58,054 nt of DNA from a virus (Duplodnaviria; Caudoviricetes). The stretch covers positions 1 to 58,054 of the IMG/VR virus record IMGVR_UViG_3300032234_000118, one strand, 5' to 3'. Below the pieces are notes generated by a model, which saw only the letters and a program-made list of their open reading frames with translations, did no database searches and was not told the origin of the DNA. The translations under genes and the position numbers were made by a program. Below are positions 8,601 through 16,991 of the stretch, piece after piece (within the stretch, counting starts at the first letter, position 1; the number at the start of each line of letters is the position of its first letter).

Positions 8601-10635
8601 AAGCATCATACAAGTTCCTGTTTCTACTTGTGCTGTAAATAAAAGTATTTCAGGTACAGATATTTTATTTAATGGAGATACATACGTTGGAAGATATACA
8701 GAAAAGAACACTATGTTTTATTTTTCTAATTGGATGTATGATGAACCAGATGGTAGTGAGTTTAATTATAGAATAAATAGAATGATTCCTTATTCATCTT
8801 TCTGGATGGATACAGAAGATTTTGACTGGAGTGATTTTATAAATAGTGTTACTGCTGCATTTTCTAACATAGGTAACTTCTTTTCTACTATAGTAACTCC
8901 ATCTGATTTACATTGTTTTGATAGACCAGGAACTGTAGGTACAGGATTTTTTACACTAAAGAACTGTTACATGTACTTGTTTAATTCAGGTGTGCGTGAC
9001 TTCTTTGTAGAGTCAAGTATAAATGTAGACCTTAGAGACTGGGGAGAGCCTACATTTGAAAGACACTATGATCCATATGAGTATACAGACTTATCTTCTC
9101 TGTTTAGTACAGATATAATTAAGTCAGGTAACTTCTTCAAGTATGACTTTAGTTTAAGTATAAATAAGTTATTCAATAACCTTATACCTTGGGGTAATGT
9201 TCATAGAAGAGACTATAATCCTTTTATAGCAGAGACGTGTTATGTATATAGACCTAAGAGGGTGATATACTCATTACCACAAACTCTTGAGAATAAGAAA
9301 GATAACTGGAGAGTATTCTTACCGCTAAACTATAAAGACTTCAATAGTAGAGTTACCTCAATTAAGAATATAAATCTTAATGGTGCTGTAATGTTATTTG
9401 AAGATTTATCTCCTATACAATTCTTGGGATCAGAACAGCTCACATTAGAATCTGGAACTAAGATTACTATTGGAGATGGCGGGTTATTTAATCAACCACT
9501 ACAATACTTAGATAACTCAGATAGACAATATGAGTATGGTTCATGTCAGAATAGATTAAGTATAGCTGCTACACCAGTAGGTATATTCTATATGTCACAA
9601 AATCAAGGTAAGATATTTGCAGTATCTGGTCAAGGTCTGCAAGAGATTACTTTACCTGGACAATTAAAGTGGTGGTTCTTACAATATTTACCATATGTAC
9701 TTACTGATGATTTTCCAGACTTTGAGTTAACAGATAATCCAGTTATAGGTATTGGTTGTCAAACTATATATGATAATCAAAACATGCTTGTATACTTCTG
9801 TAAAAAAGATTACAGGATAAGAAAAGATAATGGATATACATTAGACTACCGTGGTAATAATGTATTTACTGTTGTTGAGACAGGAGCTACTATTGAGCTA
9901 GGAGATCCTAACTTCTTCTTTGATGCATCTTGGACAGTAAGTTATGACCCTAAGCTTGGGCAGTTTATATCTTACCATGACTGGCATCCTAATCTATTAT
10001 TAGGTAGTAAAGATACATTCTTATCTATTAAAGATAATGCTATATGGAAACACAATACAGCATGTGATCATTACTGTAATTACTATGGGGTTGACTATCC
10101 ATTTGAGATAGAGTTTCAATCTAGTACAGTACAGAATGTAACTACGCTTAGAAGTATAGAGTACCAGTTAGAGTGTTATGTATATGCTGATAATTGTTAT
10201 GATAGATTCCATGTATTAGACTTTAACTTTGATGAGGCTATCATATATAACTCTGAGCAATGTTCTGGGTTGTTAAAACTTAACTTATCACCTAAGAATA
10301 ATCCTACACAAATTGTACAGTATCCAATTATTAATCCTAATAATATACAGATATTGTTTGACAAGGTAGAGAACAAGTACAGATTTAATCAATTCTGGGA
10401 TATTACAAAAGACAGAGGAGAATATACATCAGCACAAGAGACAATATTCTTAACGCAACCTAACGGATATGTAAAGAATCTTAATGCAGCTAACTTAGAC
10501 TATAATAAGTATCCTACACAGCGTAAGAAGTTTAGGCACTATAGACAAGTGGTATTATTAAGAAGACTTGTATCTGGTAATATCAAGATGTTGTTTAATA
10601 TTGCAAACGTTAAGAATCTTAATTCACCAAGGTAA
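5641..10635 (+). CDS. Tail stabilization/muzzle protein (P22 gp10-like)
   Basis: 1664-aa beta-rich protein with YWSDGVNPDR, GYLRDEVYSFFIRW, VRHHKFPD, GYEILRG, GDTYVGRY and SWTVSYDP..FISYHDWHP; follows the ring genes. Confidence 0.75.
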   Translation: MAEEEAKAGTGDTKAQGFSKNLVEDVSNYLTDDSSWTQARNAINNSKTGDIGSLGNEPANIFCTQAPYTIIGTIHLKSDAHMIFSTDDSNSEIGLFFEESCTYYTLVNDPCLSFLRAQLISGVSKENFQCRWGVYWSDGVNPDRTITIDVDNVDVNLYTNPESPIPWIQNCTIDSNGCQFCTNTPQLDCDKLRLEPIVQQPCVRVQRSASVGVIPNGSYYAVIAYTLQEQRITDYCLPSNVQPLFIHKNTASSLDIIIEEIDSVNYDEFELVLVQFFNGQTVATKVGNYSTRQKRITLDYIDKAWPQILLANIPLRTSIADKSDAIYEAGPYMLRVGPTDKFDFNYQPLANRIRTKWVNVEYPEDYYRQGGSNAGYLRDEVYSFFIRWVYNTGDKSASFHIPGRPATVTDVAPLTANDALNAQPELQAGIPLVDIKNWMVNNTATVTAIPGTQLSDGGVVVAEGNMGYWESTELYDDDTPNVWNASAHPWSSLISPPYAGTQINDYDLCGVPVRHHKFPDNATDTGTQKVTNHFKPGGNAIRIMGVRFDNVVPPVDNAGNPITNIVGYEILRGSRVGNETVIAKGMINNMFKFNINSTPDTGDNDASVNLVTNRQGLYPNYPYNDLNPDRFISTTATSWSGTGYNDLNPNADYSKQHFTFHSPDTQFVDPYLAASEIKIYGNLYGNTEGAFAYPDKHPRDKFVTDTAFIVSILAGAGIATLAMVKKRTVTQTTPYSINLGGVIAGPGIVGAQPTDFGVSAGTYITTNEVTNSALQTVLQNTALVTAASGFDAAALAFNALSTANLGAAIVPGVAGGHYEYASEETPYSSLPPILRTANNTVMFYNYLTEGVDATLRLIKAYSRYNQFALQYNSHCKYTGFEAPQATPIVGPPVEINKRTVIDYARYLEPYLQDFGADYRINNLYRSRSVALETYNLLRNPTQDDNSRATVGQANISYNKPTTPFKRTASSHYVGLKQPLRNQYGKVESIIQVPVSTCAVNKSISGTDILFNGDTYVGRYTEKNTMFYFSNWMYDEPDGSEFNYRINRMIPYSSFWMDTEDFDWSDFINSVTAAFSNIGNFFSTIVTPSDLHCFDRPGTVGTGFFTLKNCYMYLFNSGVRDFFVESSINVDLRDWGEPTFERHYDPYEYTDLSSLFSTDIIKSGNFFKYDFSLSINKLFNNLIPWGNVHRRDYNPFIAETCYVYRPKRVIYSLPQTLENKKDNWRVFLPLNYKDFNSRVTSIKNINLNGAVMLFEDLSPIQFLGSEQLTLESGTKITIGDGGLFNQPLQYLDNSDRQYEYGSCQNRLSIAATPVGIFYMSQNQGKIFAVSGQGLQEITLPGQLKWWFLQYLPYVLTDDFPDFELTDNPVIGIGCQTIYDNQNMLVYFCKKDYRIRKDNGYTLDYRGNNVFTVVETGATIELGDPNFFFDASWTVSYDPKLGQFISYHDWHPNLLLGSKDTFLSIKDNAIWKHNTACDHYCNYYGVDYPFEIEFQSSTVQNVTTLRSIEYQLECYVYADNCYDRFHVLDFNFDEAIIYNSEQCSGLLKLNLSPKNNPTQIVQYPIINPNNIQILFDKVENKYRFNQFWDITKDRGEYTSAQETIFLTQPNGYVKNLNAANLDYNKYPTQRKKFRHYRQVVLLRRLVSGNIKMLFNIANVKNLNSPR

Positions 10636-11717
10636 TGTATAATAAATCTCAATTATCTAAGGATCAGAAGCATGCGAAGCAGCCACGTAAGTTACCTAAA
10701 CCTACAGATATAGACTATGTATCTAAGATGGGTTATAGAGATGACTCACCATTTAATACACGTCCGTATATAGATATTAATACTCCTACAGGAGTTATTG
10801 ATATGACACATACTAGTATGCCGTTATATGCTAACAGGGTATATCTACCACCTAACTCAGGTATGCATCAGTTTAATACAACTAAGGTAAGAGAAGTACC
10901 TGTAACAGAAGAAGAGTATGCATATCTAACAGATGATGAAATAGCTGCCTACAGGGATGGAGGGTATGTAGTAGAAGAGATGGATACATATAAAGATGGA
11001 GGTACAGATATACGTTTTTCACCTAAGCATAATCCGGCTAATTCATTTACAGTAACTGATCCTAGATCAATGGGTACTGGAGGTAGTTATGTAGATGCAC
11101 AGATTACACACTTTCAAGATGGAGGAGAAGAAATTAATGAAGTAGAACAGGCATCTATTTTAACAAAAGGTCCTGATTATGACAGAACGCATACAGTTAA
11201 TCCTGGTGCGTATATCTATCCAACTTTTGAAGAAGATAGTTCAAATTTTTATAAGTATGGGTATATAGCTCCAACAGCTGATAAAACATTAGAAGGAGGA
11301 TTTGGATTTGGTTTACCAAAACAAGGTTTAGAGGCAAATTTCACAGGAGCAGTTCCTACAAGCTCAGAAGATTTAAATTATTGGAGAGGTTTTTATAATG
11401 CTAATTTATCTAAACAACTAGGAGATGTTAATTTAGGATTAGGTGTTAATACTGAAATTACAGGTCAACCCACGCCAGAAGGATTTGCAAGAGATAAAAT
11501 GAAATTTAATCCTTCTATAAGTTTTAGATATAACATACCCACTCGTCAAGATGGAGGTAATACAGATCCAGGTAACAATGCATTAGAACTCCATATGTTT
11601 TATGATAAAGACATTTACAAAAAAGAAGAAGGTGGTTCATACTATGATGATGAATTAACTGATGATGAGATACAAAGCCTTATTTCTCAAGGAATAAGGG
11701 TAGATGTGATTGAATAA
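10635..11717 (+). CDS. Putative internal (cargo) virion protein with xxDGG motifs
   Basis: YRDGG, YKDGG, FQDGG, RQDGG, KEEGG; duplicated LTDDEI module; TAATG-coupled to the muzzle gene. Confidence 0.65.
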   Translation: MYNKSQLSKDQKHAKQPRKLPKPTDIDYVSKMGYRDDSPFNTRPYIDINTPTGVIDMTHTSMPLYANRVYLPPNSGMHQFNTTKVREVPVTEEEYAYLTDDEIAAYRDGGYVVEEMDTYKDGGTDIRFSPKHNPANSFTVTDPRSMGTGGSYVDAQITHFQDGGEEINEVEQASILTKGPDYDRTHTVNPGAYIYPTFEEDSSNFYKYGYIAPTADKTLEGGFGFGLPKQGLEANFTGAVPTSSEDLNYWRGFYNANLSKQLGDVNLGLGVNTEITGQPTPEGFARDKMKFNPSISFRYNIPTRQDGGNTDPGNNALELHMFYDKDIYKKEEGGSYYDDELTDDEIQSLISQGIRVDVIE

Positions 11718-11743
11718 ATATATCATGTTTATTAAATAAAATT

Positions 11744-11759
11744 TATTTTTACTATATTA
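11744..11759 (+). promoter_or_regulatory. Candidate late-promoter motif
   Basis: tatttttactatatta upstream of ATG 11778. Confidence 0.4.
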
Positions 11760-11777
11760 TAATATACACTTAGTACT

Positions 11778-14312
11778 ATGCAAAAGAAAAAAGTAAGAAT
11801 ATATAAACCAAAGTTCCAGGATGGGGGTGCTCCAATGATGAATCCTGGAATGATGGGAGATGTAATGAATCCTGCTGCAGGTTCTGCTGATCAAGGACAA
11901 ACCACACAGGAAATACTAACTAGATATGCGCAGATAAGTGGAATGTCTCAAGAAGAAACTCTTAATCTTATAAATGAGTTTTCTAAGTTAGGTCCAGAGG
12001 AACAACAGAGTACGTTAGTTCAGATAACAGATAAGTTAAGAAATGCTACTCAAACACCTGTTGAACCTTTTAAGAAAGGAGGTAAGATAAATGAAACTAA
12101 AAAACTAATTCACAAAGCTATTGGTGGTGCAGCTGGACAGAACATGACAGCTGACAATGTTGTTGGAAATAGAAAGCAACAGATAATGAATGCTATTGGT
12201 GCTAATGTTGCTAGAAACTATGTAGACGAAACGTATAAGGAAGCGCAAGAAGCTAATACAATTCAGACATATAATCCAATGATGCAACAAGCTTTTCAAA
12301 TGGGTGGAGGAACTGGATTTGGTAGTGCTTTCTATGGAGGCATGGATCCTAATGATAATCCTTATTTATTAGATTATGAAACCAGACAAGCTAATGCAGA
12401 GAAAACACGTAAGAATTTTGGCAAATCTATATTAAATATAGGTAATGTACTTGACTATGCTGGTACTAAAGTTAAGGTAAGAGGTGATATGTTTGGTAAA
12501 CAAACGCCTTATGTAAGTACTGATCCTAATAAACTTACTTCTAATGAAGCTGCTGAAACTATGTTTGGTTTAAAGTATGGAGGTAGTTTACCTAAAGCTG
12601 CATATGGTATGTCTGTTGATGATGACACTGATACGTCATCTGATGTAACTGTACCCACAGGAATGATAGATATTGGTACAGGATATTATGATCCAGCAAC
12701 TAAAACTATCACAGGTACAGATGGTACATCAAGACCCGTAGAAGATGATGAAGCAAATTGGATTATGTCGCAAACACAATTTGGTAATTCATCTGCTGAC
12801 CAAACAACTACAGATGGAACTGCAACTGACGATACTTCAACTACTGTAGCTGATGATACAGACACTGGAGGATTCTTTACTGGTGTACAAGGAGATTATA
12901 TCTTTAAAGATGGTAAGATAGTAGGAACTGTAGGAGGTGCTCAAAACAGTATACTCAATCTTGCTGAGGGTAATTATATGTTTGGTAATAGAGGACCTAT
13001 ATTTACACAGGAAGGTGCTAAACAATTTGCTCAGTCATTACAGGCAATACAACCTGAGAATGTATACATGGATAAGTTTAAAGCTAGAACAGGACCATTT
13101 GGTAATAAAGTTAAAATGACTTGGGACTATGGTGATGGTACTGAACAAGCTAATGAAAATTTATTTGATAGAGCTAAAGGTATGTTTACAGGTAGAGGTG
13201 AATCAGAAGAACCTACACCTGTAATGGGAAGTAACTTTATTAATAGACTAAGAGCTAAAGCATTTGCAAATAGCAGTCCTGAAAGACAAGCAAGAGTTGC
13301 GGATAGACAACAAAGAAGGGAAGACAGAAGAGATTTTAGAAGATTTGGAACTGTTGATAATTCTACAGCAAATATGTTTCAAGGAGAATTACCAGAAGAA
13401 GCTGTTAATCCAGAAAGAAATTTATTTGAACAAAAAACAAAACCTATGGCTATTGGTGGTAGAGCAGGTAAATTAGTTATTAAAGATAAATACTCTGCAC
13501 CAGGTCTTGCATATGCAGGAGCTTTATTATCTGGTATGAATGCATTAGCAGCGGGTAAAGAGAAAGTATCTGAAGATGAATCAATGTATGATGTTAATCG
13601 TACTATGCCAGTACTTATGGATAGCAGAGAAAGAAATCCGTTAAGTAGAGGTTTGTGGGGAACAGGAGCATTGATTGGAGAAGAAACTCCAGACTTACAA
13701 CCAGCTAACTATGGATATAGATTTAGCCAAGGTAGTGGTAATCTTTTAAGTGGACAATCTGGATATTCACCATATGGTAAAAATGGAGGTACATATCAAA
13801 CAGGAGGTTTAGTTGGTGAGTTTGCTGGTAACTATCAAGAAGGTAATAACTATTATCTTGATGATAATGAAACTCAAGATATGTTTAAAAGAGGTGGTAA
13901 AGTATTTCAAGATGGAGGACTTTATGATTTAGCATTACAAGAACGTCAGTACTTCTTAAATAATCCTGACATGTGGGAATCTGATCCTGACATGAAAAAT
14001 GAAGATGGAAGCTTTAACCTATGTGTAGACTGTCTTAATGTAGATTACTCTAATCCTGAACATGTTCGTGACGTTGCAAGATTAATTAATGAAGGATATA
14101 GTAAAGGAACACATTACAATGCTGATGCATTTAATCAAGGATTAACAACATATGGTATTGCAACTCCTGTGTTTGGTTCAGCAAAACAACAAATGCCTAC
14201 CAACAAAAAAGGGGGTAGTACATTCTCATACAGAAAAGGTGGTGTATATTATCTTAATGATGATCAAGTAAAGAATATATTAAAGAATGGTGGTTCAATA
14301 GAATACATATAA
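11778..14312 (+). CDS. Putative internal (cargo) virion protein, G/Q/M/D-rich, multiple phi-x-x-GG motifs
   Basis: 844-aa ORF with about 12 GG motifs (FQDGG, FKKGG, FQMGG, LKYGG, MAIGG, YQTGG, FKRGG, YRKGG...). Confidence 0.65.
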   Translation: MQKKKVRIYKPKFQDGGAPMMNPGMMGDVMNPAAGSADQGQTTQEILTRYAQISGMSQEETLNLINEFSKLGPEEQQSTLVQITDKLRNATQTPVEPFKKGGKINETKKLIHKAIGGAAGQNMTADNVVGNRKQQIMNAIGANVARNYVDETYKEAQEANTIQTYNPMMQQAFQMGGGTGFGSAFYGGMDPNDNPYLLDYETRQANAEKTRKNFGKSILNIGNVLDYAGTKVKVRGDMFGKQTPYVSTDPNKLTSNEAAETMFGLKYGGSLPKAAYGMSVDDDTDTSSDVTVPTGMIDIGTGYYDPATKTITGTDGTSRPVEDDEANWIMSQTQFGNSSADQTTTDGTATDDTSTTVADDTDTGGFFTGVQGDYIFKDGKIVGTVGGAQNSILNLAEGNYMFGNRGPIFTQEGAKQFAQSLQAIQPENVYMDKFKARTGPFGNKVKMTWDYGDGTEQANENLFDRAKGMFTGRGESEEPTPVMGSNFINRLRAKAFANSSPERQARVADRQQRREDRRDFRRFGTVDNSTANMFQGELPEEAVNPERNLFEQKTKPMAIGGRAGKLVIKDKYSAPGLAYAGALLSGMNALAAGKEKVSEDESMYDVNRTMPVLMDSRERNPLSRGLWGTGALIGEETPDLQPANYGYRFSQGSGNLLSGQSGYSPYGKNGGTYQTGGLVGEFAGNYQEGNNYYLDDNETQDMFKRGGKVFQDGGLYDLALQERQYFLNNPDMWESDPDMKNEDGSFNLCVDCLNVDYSNPEHVRDVARLINEGYSKGTHYNADAFNQGLTTYGIATPVFGSAKQQMPTNKKGGSTFSYRKGGVYYLNDDQVKNILKNGGSIEYI

Positions 14313-14316
14313 CACT

Positions 14317-16935
14317 ATGAAACATAAAGTAAGAATAACAGCTTTACCTAAAGCACAGCAAGGATTATATACAAAAGCAAAGTTAACTAATAATGCTTTT
14401 CAATTTCCTGTTAACTTCAAAGAAGGAATGAAGCCTGGCTTTGATGTTAAGAAAAACTTAGGTCCTATTGAAAGAGATAAAGCTAATATAGAAGCTGAGA
14501 AAGGAGAAACCATCATTACACCAATGGGTGATGACGCATGGACTAAAACTATTCCTAAGACATATGTTATTGGTGGTAAGAAACACTATAAAGGTGGAAC
14601 TCCATTAAGCGTACCAGAAGGAAGTTTTATTTTCTCTGATCACTTAAAAGAAAAGAATCCAGAGGTACACAAACTATTCAATAGACCTGTAAAGAAATCA
14701 GGATATACCTATGCTGATTTATCTAAACCATTTATGGTTAATGAAGATATACGTAGACTATTAGATAATGATTCTGATAAGATAACTAAAGATACAGCCA
14801 GACTTAACATAATGAATAAGGTAGATAAGTTAGGTTTAATATCTTTATTACAAGAATCGCAAAAAGGGTTTACTGATGATGAAGGTCAAATAGATATTCC
14901 TACTGTAGGTGTTCCTTATTTAGAAAAGACAGGAATAAATATAGAGGAAGCTGTACAACCTTTCTTAGATGCAATTAAGCAGCCAGTGCCACAACAGCCA
15001 CAACAACAGATGATGGGTCAGCCAGGAATGATGTCTCCTGAAATGATGCCTGAAATGATGATGCCTCCTCAAATGATGCAGCAACAACCTATGCAACCAG
15101 AGATGCCTATGAAATTAGGTGGTCTTGTTAGAATGAAAAAAGGTGGTGCTGTAAAACAAAAGAAGTATCAAAATGGTGGTGGTGTTATTGGTGAAGATGA
15201 AAGAGTAAGATATGATGCTGCAAGAGATGTATATGAAGTAGTTAACTCAGCTGGACAAGTTGTAGGTATAATGAACGTATCAGGTAAAACAGTTAAGATA
15301 AAGAAAAGTGAAGTACCTGCTGATGCTGTCATTGTAAAAAGAAGTGATTATGATTCTGATACAGAATTTGAAAAAGCAAAGAAAACAGCTTATGACAATG
15401 CAGGTGGTAAATCTGTAGTAGTTGAAAAAGATGGAGCGTATAAAATACTTTCTCAAAAGAAAGCATCCCCTGCGTATACAGGTTCTAAAGAAGATTTAGA
15501 TAAATTCTTTGCTGGTAATTCAAAAATTGCTGGACAGTATGAGTATATCCAAAGTAAGTTTGGTGAGGAAAGTGTAAAAAAAGAATTAGCTAAAAGAGCA
15601 GTTACTGCACTTAAGAATCCTGCAAATAGAGGAAAGAGTATGACAGCTACAGAAGTAGACAATTTAGTTGCTAAACTAGAAGGTCCTGATGGTCCTGAAG
15701 TAGCATATAAAATGTTTATGGATATGCAGAAGAGAAATCTAGCTACAGTTGCCAATGCTCAAGCAGGTAATATAAAATCCATAGCTGATCACCAAGATGC
15801 TGCAGATGCTGGTAAATCTAGTAATGCAGATTTTGAAGCATCATGGAATAAGATAGGATTAAATATACCAACTGAAGAAGAAGCTAAATTAGAACAAGCT
15901 CTTTACATTGGTTATAAAGATCTAGTTACAGATTATAAAGATGGAAAAATAACTGATGACAATTTAAAAGCACAGATAGCTGATTTTGATATTGGTCAAT
16001 TAGGTGCAAGAGATGCAGCTGATATATCTGGTACAGGATCAGGTAAGATATCTATTATTGATGGTGACTATACTAATACTACTACAGGGCAAGTTGTAGC
16101 AGTAGGAGATGTTACGTCATTAGAAGAAGGTGCTCTTCCAGAAAAAGAAGAAACATCTTCTACTGAAACTCCAGAGTATGTTAAGCCAGCACCAGTAGGA
16201 GGTTGGACTGCTCCAGATATTATGAATTACTATGGTGCAGTAAATGAAATATATGCAGATCAACCACAGACTCCATTTGTAGCACAACCAGGAGTATATC
16301 TACCAGGAGTAGCTGTAATGTCTCCTGAAGATATGCAGAGACAAATTAGAGGTACGCTAGGACAACAAGCAGAAACAATGCAAGCTTATGCAGGACCTCA
16401 AGCGGTTATGTCTGCATTATCTGCTTCAACAGGAGCTGATGCAATAGCAAGTCAAACAGCTGCTGTACATAATGCTAATATTGGTATTATCAATCAAGCT
16501 GAACAGAATAAAGCTGCTACGCTGAATCAAGCAGCATTGAACTCTGCCAATCTTACTACTACACTTAGAGATAGATGGGCACAGCTTAAAGATAATTTAC
16601 AGGCACGTAAGTCAGCTGCTAAGGCAGAAGCTAGAAAAGCATTTGGTATAGGTGAGTCTAATGAGGGTGCTTTCCAAGCAATGAATTTACAGACTCCTAA
16701 TTATCAGTGGGATCCATTTACACAAGACTTTGCAGGGTTTACTCCTTCAGGTCCAATAGAACCTACTACAGAGTCAGGCAAGACAAGCGCAGACTTATTT
16801 GCTGAATATAAAAATAGATTCCCAGGAGCAAGTGATACTGCGCTTACACAACTAGTAAAAGCAGATATGGGTATACCAGAAACACAAGCTGATTACTGGT
16901 CTGCAATGGCTGCTAATAGGGAGGGAATACAGTAA
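14317..16935 (+). CDS. Putative cargo/ejection protein
   Basis: N-terminal ANIEAEKGE..GKKHYKGG..FIFSD module, Q/M/P low-complexity tract, A/Q-rich helical C-terminus; no Cys seen. Confidence 0.6.
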   Translation: MKHKVRITALPKAQQGLYTKAKLTNNAFQFPVNFKEGMKPGFDVKKNLGPIERDKANIEAEKGETIITPMGDDAWTKTIPKTYVIGGKKHYKGGTPLSVPEGSFIFSDHLKEKNPEVHKLFNRPVKKSGYTYADLSKPFMVNEDIRRLLDNDSDKITKDTARLNIMNKVDKLGLISLLQESQKGFTDDEGQIDIPTVGVPYLEKTGINIEEAVQPFLDAIKQPVPQQPQQQMMGQPGMMSPEMMPEMMMPPQMMQQQPMQPEMPMKLGGLVRMKKGGAVKQKKYQNGGGVIGEDERVRYDAARDVYEVVNSAGQVVGIMNVSGKTVKIKKSEVPADAVIVKRSDYDSDTEFEKAKKTAYDNAGGKSVVVEKDGAYKILSQKKASPAYTGSKEDLDKFFAGNSKIAGQYEYIQSKFGEESVKKELAKRAVTALKNPANRGKSMTATEVDNLVAKLEGPDGPEVAYKMFMDMQKRNLATVANAQAGNIKSIADHQDAADAGKSSNADFEASWNKIGLNIPTEEEAKLEQALYIGYKDLVTDYKDGKITDDNLKAQIADFDIGQLGARDAADISGTGSGKISIIDGDYTNTTTGQVVAVGDVTSLEEGALPEKEETSSTETPEYVKPAPVGGWTAPDIMNYYGAVNEIYADQPQTPFVAQPGVYLPGVAVMSPEDMQRQIRGTLGQQAETMQAYAGPQAVMSALSASTGADAIASQTAAVHNANIGIINQAEQNKAATLNQAALNSANLTTTLRDRWAQLKDNLQARKSAAKAEARKAFGIGESNEGAFQAMNLQTPNYQWDPFTQDFAGFTPSGPIEPTTESGKTSADLFAEYKNRFPGASDTALTQLVKADMGIPETQADYWSAMAANREGIQ

Positions 16936-16991
16936 TAAATATGAGAGGTTTAATAAACTTATATTATTTTTGATTATAAATAAAAAATATT

